Shown: one piece after another, positions 27,252-32,000 of the stretch | Layout: every line of letters starts with the position of its first letter | Numbering within the stretch: position 1 is the stretch's first letter | Source: Demequinaceae bacterium | GTDB taxonomy: Bacteria > Actinomycetota > Actinomycetes > Actinomycetales > Demequinaceae | Reading direction: 5' to 3' | Assembly (NCBI GenBank): GCA_965250005.1 | Contig: OZ252279.1 | Location: 810,001-842,000, forward strand | DNA length: 32,000 bases | The notes under the pieces: generated by a model | Told to the model about the DNA's origin: nothing | The model's database searches: none | What the model saw: only the letters and a program-made list of their open reading frames with translations | Translations under genes and position numbers: made by a program

Positions 27252-28795
27252 GCGCCCATCGACTCCACTCCAAGAATGACGGCCGGGGCGATTTGCCTGC
27301 CCTGGAAGACGTGGACCTCAACGCCGGGAGCGCGGGCAGCGAGGCGCCGGGTCGCTGTTTCGGCGACGCCGGGGGTGATGCTCGCACCCAGGATGATCGT
27401 GGCGATTTCGGTCTCTTCCTTGACCAGGCGATCGAGATCGTCGGCGAGCGCGTCAACGGTCGAGCGTGCGGCGACTGTCCGCGCTGCAGCCGCGACCATT
27501 TCTGGCTCAGGACCCTTCTCGCGCGAAGACATCGCGGCCGCGGCCATAGCCGCGAGCATTTGCGGCTCGGTCGTAGAGTCGATCACCGCCACTGCGGGTA
27601 GTCCCTCGGTTCCGCGAATCGCCTCAGCTGCGGCATGAAGAGCGGGCGCTCCCGCTGCGATCACTACCCGCGCGCCCGACGCGTCCTTAACCACCCGCGC
27701 GAGGTCCACGCCATCGACGGCCATCGGATCCGGAACCACCAGTACGGCGGCTCCCATCCCCGAAACTTCCATGGCAAGTCCGGGGCACGTAGTAATGGCG
27801 ACCATCCCCACGGAGGCGCGGTCCGCCGCGTGCGTCGCCTTGATGTTGCGGACGACCATCTGCGTTGCCTGGGCTCGCTTGGCGACAGCGATTGCCATTT
27901 CCGGCTGATCCGTGTGGACGTGGGCCTGCCAAAGATCGTCCACTCCGGTCACCGCGACAGAGTCGCCGATCGCCTTCAGGGCCTTCTTAAGTTTGACGGG
28001 CTCCTCGTCGCTGCCAAGGTCGGGCACGATCAACCTCGTGTGCGCCACAAACATCACCTCGTAAGCGCCACTGCCCAACTCCGTCACGTAGTGTCTGGCT
28101 GCGGCATCCGCCGGGGTCTCGTCTCCCACACGGTCGCGTACCTCCCAGTCAACCTTGTCGATAGCAGCCAGAGCGTCGGGCCCGGCGATCGACTCAGCTA
28201 GTCGCTCCAGATGCAGCACGAGGCCCGCCGCACCTGCATCGACCACGCCTGCCTCGCGCGCGACCGCAAGCACGTCATGCGTTCGCGCCAACTCCGCACG
28301 GGCCGCCGCCACGGCGCCAACTGCTGCAGCCTCGACCGGCGCCTGGACATCAGCGGCGCCACGCCCTCCCTCAGCGGCTGCGCGCGCGACGGACAGGATG
28401 GTGCCGTCGACGGGGTCTCCTACCGCATCGAACGCAGCGACGGCGGCCAATTCGAGCGCATGCGCCAGCGCCTCAGCTGACGCGGTGTCGAGCCCGCCGT
28501 CGGCGTCAATTGACCGTAGAAAAGCGCTGAGGTACTGGGAAACAATAACCCCGGAGTTGCCTCGCGCTCCCATCAAACAGGCGCGCTCGAACGCGGAAAC
28601 CACCTGATCGTGGGACGCATCGGCGGGCAACAGTGCGACCGCCCGCGTGCCCTCCGTCAACGTCAGAAAAAGGTTCGTCCCGGTGTCAGAGTCCGCCACC
28701 GGGAAAACGTTGATGGCATCTAGCTGCTCTCGCGCGTCACCAACCGCGGCTGCGCCGGATTCGAGCCAGCGGCGAAGCCGCACTGCTTCCGCCAT
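27248..28795 (-). CDS. DAK2 domain / DegV-like protein (YloV/FakA family)
   Basis: LRRWLESGAAAVGDAREQLDAINVFPVADSDTGTNLFLTLTEG...GARGNSGVIVSQYLSAFL. Start trimmed to MAEAVRL. Confidence 0.92.
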   Translation of the reverse strand: MAEAVRLRRWLESGAAAVGDAREQLDAINVFPVADSDTGTNLFLTLTEGTRAVALLPADASHDQVVSAFERACLMGARGNSGVIVSQYLSAFLRSIDADGGLDTASAEALAHALELAAVAAFDAVGDPVDGTILSVARAAAEGGRGAADVQAPVEAAAVGAVAAARAELARTHDVLAVAREAGVVDAGAAGLVLHLERLAESIAGPDALAAIDKVDWEVRDRVGDETPADAAARHYVTELGSGAYEVMFVAHTRLIVPDLGSDEEPVKLKKALKAIGDSVAVTGVDDLWQAHVHTDQPEMAIAVAKRAQATQMVVRNIKATHAADRASVGMVAITTCPGLAMEVSGMGAAVLVVPDPMAVDGVDLARVVKDASGARVVIAAGAPALHAAAEAIRGTEGLPAVAVIDSTTEPQMLAAMAAAAMSSREKGPEPEMVAAAARTVAARSTVDALADDLDRLVKEETEIATIILGASITPGVAETATRRLAARAPGVEVHVFQGRQIAPAVILGVESMGA

Positions 28796-29033
28796 CTCTC
28801 GGCCTCCTCGTCTCATTGGTGTAGTTCGCTGCCATCAGTCAACATGACGTGGCGCCTGGGCACCATCCTGGCACGCGTGCGGGTGTCTCAAGGCGGGCGC
28901 CACGATTGCAGAGACGAATTCGCGGTTTGTCCTTAGGGCACATCGTCGGCTACCCTATTGCGGTTGCCCTCATAGGGGCGGCGCCCAAACTTGGCACGCG
29001 AATTGCGTGCAGCAAATGATCAGGAGAACCATC

Positions 29034-29225
29034 GTGGCAGCCAACTGCGAAGTATGCGGCAAGGGTCCGTCGTTCGGACACTCGATCTCGCACTCGCACG
29101 TGCGGACCAAGCGTCGCTGGAACCCCAACATCCAGCGCGTACGCGCACTGGTCGACGGCTCGCCCAAGCGCCTGAACGTGTGCACATCGTGCCTCAAGGC
29201 CGGCAAGGTTGTCCGCAACGTCTGA
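29034..29225 (+). CDS. rpmB: 50S ribosomal protein L28
   Basis: GTG start: [63 protein letters not shown]. Confidence 0.97.
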   Translation: MAANCEVCGKGPSFGHSISHSHVRTKRRWNPNIQRVRALVDGSPKRLNVCTSCLKAGKVVRNV

Positions 29226-29234
29226 GTGAGGTCA

Positions 29235-29258
29235 GCCGCGCGCGAGCGCCCGCGCGGC
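29235..29258 (+). terminator. Possible hairpin terminator after rpmB
   Basis: Perfect 8-bp inverted repeat GCCGCGCG-cgagcgcc-CGCGCGGC, 9 nt after the rpmB stop; no T-tract. Confidence 0.35.
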
Positions 29259-29303
29259 CACCAGCAGTCGCAATTCTAGATCTACGTTCGCTTTTTCGCG
29301 CAC

Positions 29304-30275
29304 CTAAACGTGCGCGAAGTGATCCCAGCCCAAACTGGCGGGAACCTTTCCATCGACCAGCACCCCATCGTGGTTGCGAGTGCAACGGCCAACAGAGACC
29401 CAACCAGACGGAAGCGCTTGCTTCGGCGGGAATGTCGCGATCAGTTGGTGGTCCTCGCCCCCGGTTAACGCCCATTCGCGCGCGTTGCCGATGACCTCGT
29501 CCGCGACGTGCACAACTCCCCTGTGTATGGGCACCGCTGCGCTGTCGATCCAGATTCCTACGTCCGAACTGCGCGCAATCCTCGCCGCGTCAACCAGCAA
29601 GCCGTCGGAAATATCCATCATGGCGGTGGCATTGGCGCTGGATGCTTCGAGACCCGCGCCGACACGCGGCCTTGGCCGCAAGAACAGATTGATGGTCTCG
29701 GAGTCCACGTCGAGCATGTTCGATAGCTGGTGATAGCCCGCGACGGCCGCGCCAAGCGGACCCGAGACCGCAACAATATCCCCGAGATTTGCGCCACTGC
29801 GCCGCACCACTCGGCGTCCCATCGTGTCCCCGAGCACGGTCACGCTAACCGCGATTTCTTTGGCTGATGAGAGGTCTCCTCCGATAACGCCCACGCCGTG
29901 CGGCTCGCACGCTTCGCGCAGTCCATCGGCCAGCTCGAGCACCCAGGCCACCTGGGTGGACGCGGGAAGGGCAAGCGTGACCTGCATGGCGACCGGGACC
30001 GCACCCATCGCGTCTATGTCGGCTAGGTTCTGCGTCGCGGCTCGGAAGCCGACGTCTGCGCCCGTAGACCACTCGGCCCGGAAATGCTGGTCCTCAACGA
30101 GGACATCGCTCGATACCACCAGATCGCCTGTGAGTGAGAGAACAGCAGCATCGTCCCCCGGACCCAAAATGGCGGCGGATGTTTGTGGGAGCCTTGGGGA
30201 GAAGAGCGCAATGAGTTCATCTTCGCCAAGGTCAGCGATCTTCGGCACGTTCTCAAGGGTACGCGGCGGATTCAT
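29304..30275 (-). CDS. thiL: Thiamine-monophosphate kinase
   Basis: LGEDELIALFSPRLP...ILGPGDDAAVLSLTGDLVVSSDVLVEDQHFR...NLADIDAMGAVPVAMQVTLALP...DISDGLLVDAARIA. Confidence 0.95.
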   Translation of the reverse strand: MNPPRTLENVPKIADLGEDELIALFSPRLPQTSAAILGPGDDAAVLSLTGDLVVSSDVLVEDQHFRAEWSTGADVGFRAATQNLADIDAMGAVPVAMQVTLALPASTQVAWVLELADGLREACEPHGVGVIGGDLSSAKEIAVSVTVLGDTMGRRVVRRSGANLGDIVAVSGPLGAAVAGYHQLSNMLDVDSETINLFLRPRPRVGAGLEASSANATAMMDISDGLLVDAARIARSSDVGIWIDSAAVPIHRGVVHVADEVIGNAREWALTGGEDHQLIATFPPKQALPSGWVSVGRCTRNHDGVLVDGKVPASLGWDHFAHV

Positions 30276-30294
30276 TTCGCGCTTGGCGGACGTC

Positions 30295-30669
30295 CTATTC
30301 GCACCAAACGCCCTGGACGGGAAATCTCACAACCGCTCCGTCGGCAGGCGACACGGGAACCTCCAACGGGCCGCTCCAGTCGTCGGTCCCCTCCGTGCGA
30401 ACGTAGAAGATCGCGGTGTCCGCCCCTTTGACGTAGTACGCCGGGATGGTGGCTGCGGGCCGGGCGAAGTAGATCTCCGTCGATGTTCCCTGCGACGGCT
30501 CGTTCACGCCCCCGAACACCTCAATAGGTACGGCGCAGTCGTTCACGAGGTCCAGGCCGCCAACACTGTGGCATCCGCTCAGCGCGGCGACCCCTACAAC
30601 CGCCATCGCGATCAGTGCCAATCCCCTTGGCGTGGGGCCCGGACCTCGCAAGTCTTCGGATCGCTTCAT
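30295..30669 (-). CDS. Hypothetical lipoprotein
   Basis: Start trimmed to MKRSEDLRG. Signal peptide and lipobox LIAMAVVGVAALSGCHS. Confidence 0.7.
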   Translation of the reverse strand: MKRSEDLRGPGPTPRGLALIAMAVVGVAALSGCHSVGGLDLVNDCAVPIEVFGGVNEPSQGTSTEIYFARPAATIPAYYVKGADTAIFYVRTEGTDDWSGPLEVPVSPADGAVVRFPVQGVWCE

Positions 30670-30847
30670 GACTCCATGTCTATCGGGGTGGCGCGCGCCG
30701 GGGTGGGTTCGTTGCCGCACCGTGGCCGTATCGTGGCCCGACCGAGGCCGTACCGTGACGATCGTTACCTAGGGGTTGCCAAGGACGGCGGCGCGGGCGA
30801 GCGGGCGCGGTGATTGGCGACTACGGCCGTAGCCCTAGGCTTGGAGA

Positions 30848-31336
30848 GTGACACGCCCAACAGTTTTCGCAAGAACTGGCATCGCCGTACTCGTCGCCGC
30901 ATCGGTGTCCGCATGTGCGGTCCCGCTGACCGTCCAACCGGCTCCGCACGCGGCGGACCCCGATTGTGCCCGCGTGATGCTCGCGGCGCCAGACACATTG
31001 GGCGGCCTCGACGCTCGCGGCACCACCGCCCAGGCTGCCGAGGCCTGGGGCGTCGAATTCCCGATCGTCGTGCGCTGTGGAATCGAGATTCCGACTCCGT
31101 CTACTGACACGTGTTTCACCATCGACACCGGCGGCTACAGCGCGGACTGGGTCCTCCAAGACTCCGACGACTACTGGATCGCCGCAACATACGGTCGCGA
31201 CCCGGCTGTCGAGGTCGTGGTGCCCAAGGCCCGCGCGGACCAGGCGCTCGCAGAAGTCCTCCAGGACCTCACGCCGTCGGTGGCACTCGCTCCCACGACG
31301 GGGCGCGCCTGCCTCACACGGACTGACGTCGCCTAG
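30848..31336 (+). CDS. DUF3515-like lipoprotein
   Basis: Lipobox VAASVSACAVP. DCARVMLAAPDTLGGLDARGTTAQAAEAWGVEFPIVVRCGIEIPTPSTDTCFTI, next to ddl and thiL as in related actinobacteria. Confidence 0.85.
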   Translation: MTRPTVFARTGIAVLVAASVSACAVPLTVQPAPHAADPDCARVMLAAPDTLGGLDARGTTAQAAEAWGVEFPIVVRCGIEIPTPSTDTCFTIDTGGYSADWVLQDSDDYWIAATYGRDPAVEVVVPKARADQALAEVLQDLTPSVALAPTTGRACLTRTDVA

Positions 31337-31462
31337 CGCGCGCGTTTGTAAGCGCGAAACCGGGCGGTACGTAGTCCGCTGACCAAGTACCGTCAGCCGA
31401 CCTCAGAGACGGCTCCAGCGCGGCCAGGAGGCCCTAGAGCACGGAATAGGCGGGCCGCGATT

Positions 31463-31478
31463 AGGCGGACAACCGCCT
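31463..31478 (-). terminator. Possible terminator hairpin at the ddl stop
   Basis: AGGCGG-ttgt-CCGCCT-type inverted repeat immediately at and after the ddl TAA; no long T-tract. Confidence 0.3.
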
Positions 31479-32000
31479 TAGCGGAGCATCCCGGTGGGGC
31501 GCTCGAGCGCCGTGCGAAGCATGGTCTCGACTAGATCGGGGTAGTCGATGCCCGATTCGGCCCACATGCGCGGGTACATCGACGTGGGCGTGAAACCGGG
31601 CATCGTATTGATCTCGTTGACCACGACGGAGCCGTCGGCGCGCACGAACGAATCGACTCGCGCCAGTCCCTCCGCACCGATAGCCGCGAACGCGCGGCGC
31701 GCGTAGTCCTGCACCGTCGCGACCACGGCGGCATCGAGCTGCGCCGGGCAGATCAGGTCCACCGCCTCGTCGTCGAGGTACTTGGCATCGAAGTCGTAGA
31801 AGTCGTGGTCGCCACCGGTGACAACCTCCCCCGGCGGGCTCACCCGCACGCCAGTGCCGTCTGCAAACATCGGGCCGTCCTGAAGCACTGCGCACTCAAT
31901 CTCGCGGCCCTCGATGGCCACCTCTATGAGCACCTTCGGGTCATGCTCCGCCGCGCCCACGACCGCTACCTCGATCTCGTCCCACGCATCAACGCGCGAC
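31478..32000 (-). CDS. ddl: D-alanine--D-alanine ligase, C-terminal part (5' end outside window)
   Basis: VLIEVAIEGREIECAVLQ...YDFDAKYLDD...ICPAQLDAAVVATVQDYARRAFAAIGAEGLARVDSFVRADGSVVVNEINTMPGFTPTSMYPRMW. Frame remains open to the window edge. Confidence 0.95.
   Translation of the reverse strand, partial: SRVDAWDEIEVAVVGAAEHDPKVLIEVAIEGREIECAVLQDGPMFADGTGVRVSPPGEVVTGGDHDFYDFDAKYLDDEAVDLICPAQLDAAVVATVQDYARRAFAAIGAEGLARVDSFVRADGSVVVNEINTMPGFTPTSMYPRMWAESGIDYPDLVETMLRTALERPTGMLR

Noticed and set aside
29824-30813. 329-aa + strand ORF
   Set aside because: Mostly antisense to thiL and the adjacent lipoprotein gene; Ser/Arg/Ala-rich shadow frame.

Overview
High-GC actinobacterial chromosome window with two parts. 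(1) Positions 1 to ~6.82 kb are accessory: a 5'-truncated RHS/YD-repeat polymorphic toxin gene with a candidate toxin tip, a translationally overlapping candidate immunity ORF, a second small orphan ORF, an N-terminally truncated replication-relaxation-like fragment, and a large serine recombinase whose reading frame runs antisense through the 3' end of a tRNA-Ala(GGC) gene (a likely integration junction). (2) From ~6.82 kb to 32 kb is conserved core: tRNA-Ala, histidine phosphatase, rsfS, an Ala/Pro-rich tail-anchored protein, nadD, a 51-aa membrane micro-ORF absent from the supplied track, proA, proB, obgE, a membrane-anchored Pro/Glu-rich protein, rpmA, rplU, rne/rng, a GAF sensor kinase, a NarL/LuxR response regulator, mutM, rnc, rpmF, a YceD/DUF177 protein, coaD, an unknown ORF, rsmD, recG, a DAK2/DegV-like protein, rpmB, thiL, an unknown lipoprotein, a DUF3515-like lipoprotein and the start-truncated ddl. 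No CRISPR array was seen. The best candidate for something undescribed is the RHS toxin/immunity module and its association with the tRNA-linked recombinase. Family calls come from reading the translated sequences; no database search was run.
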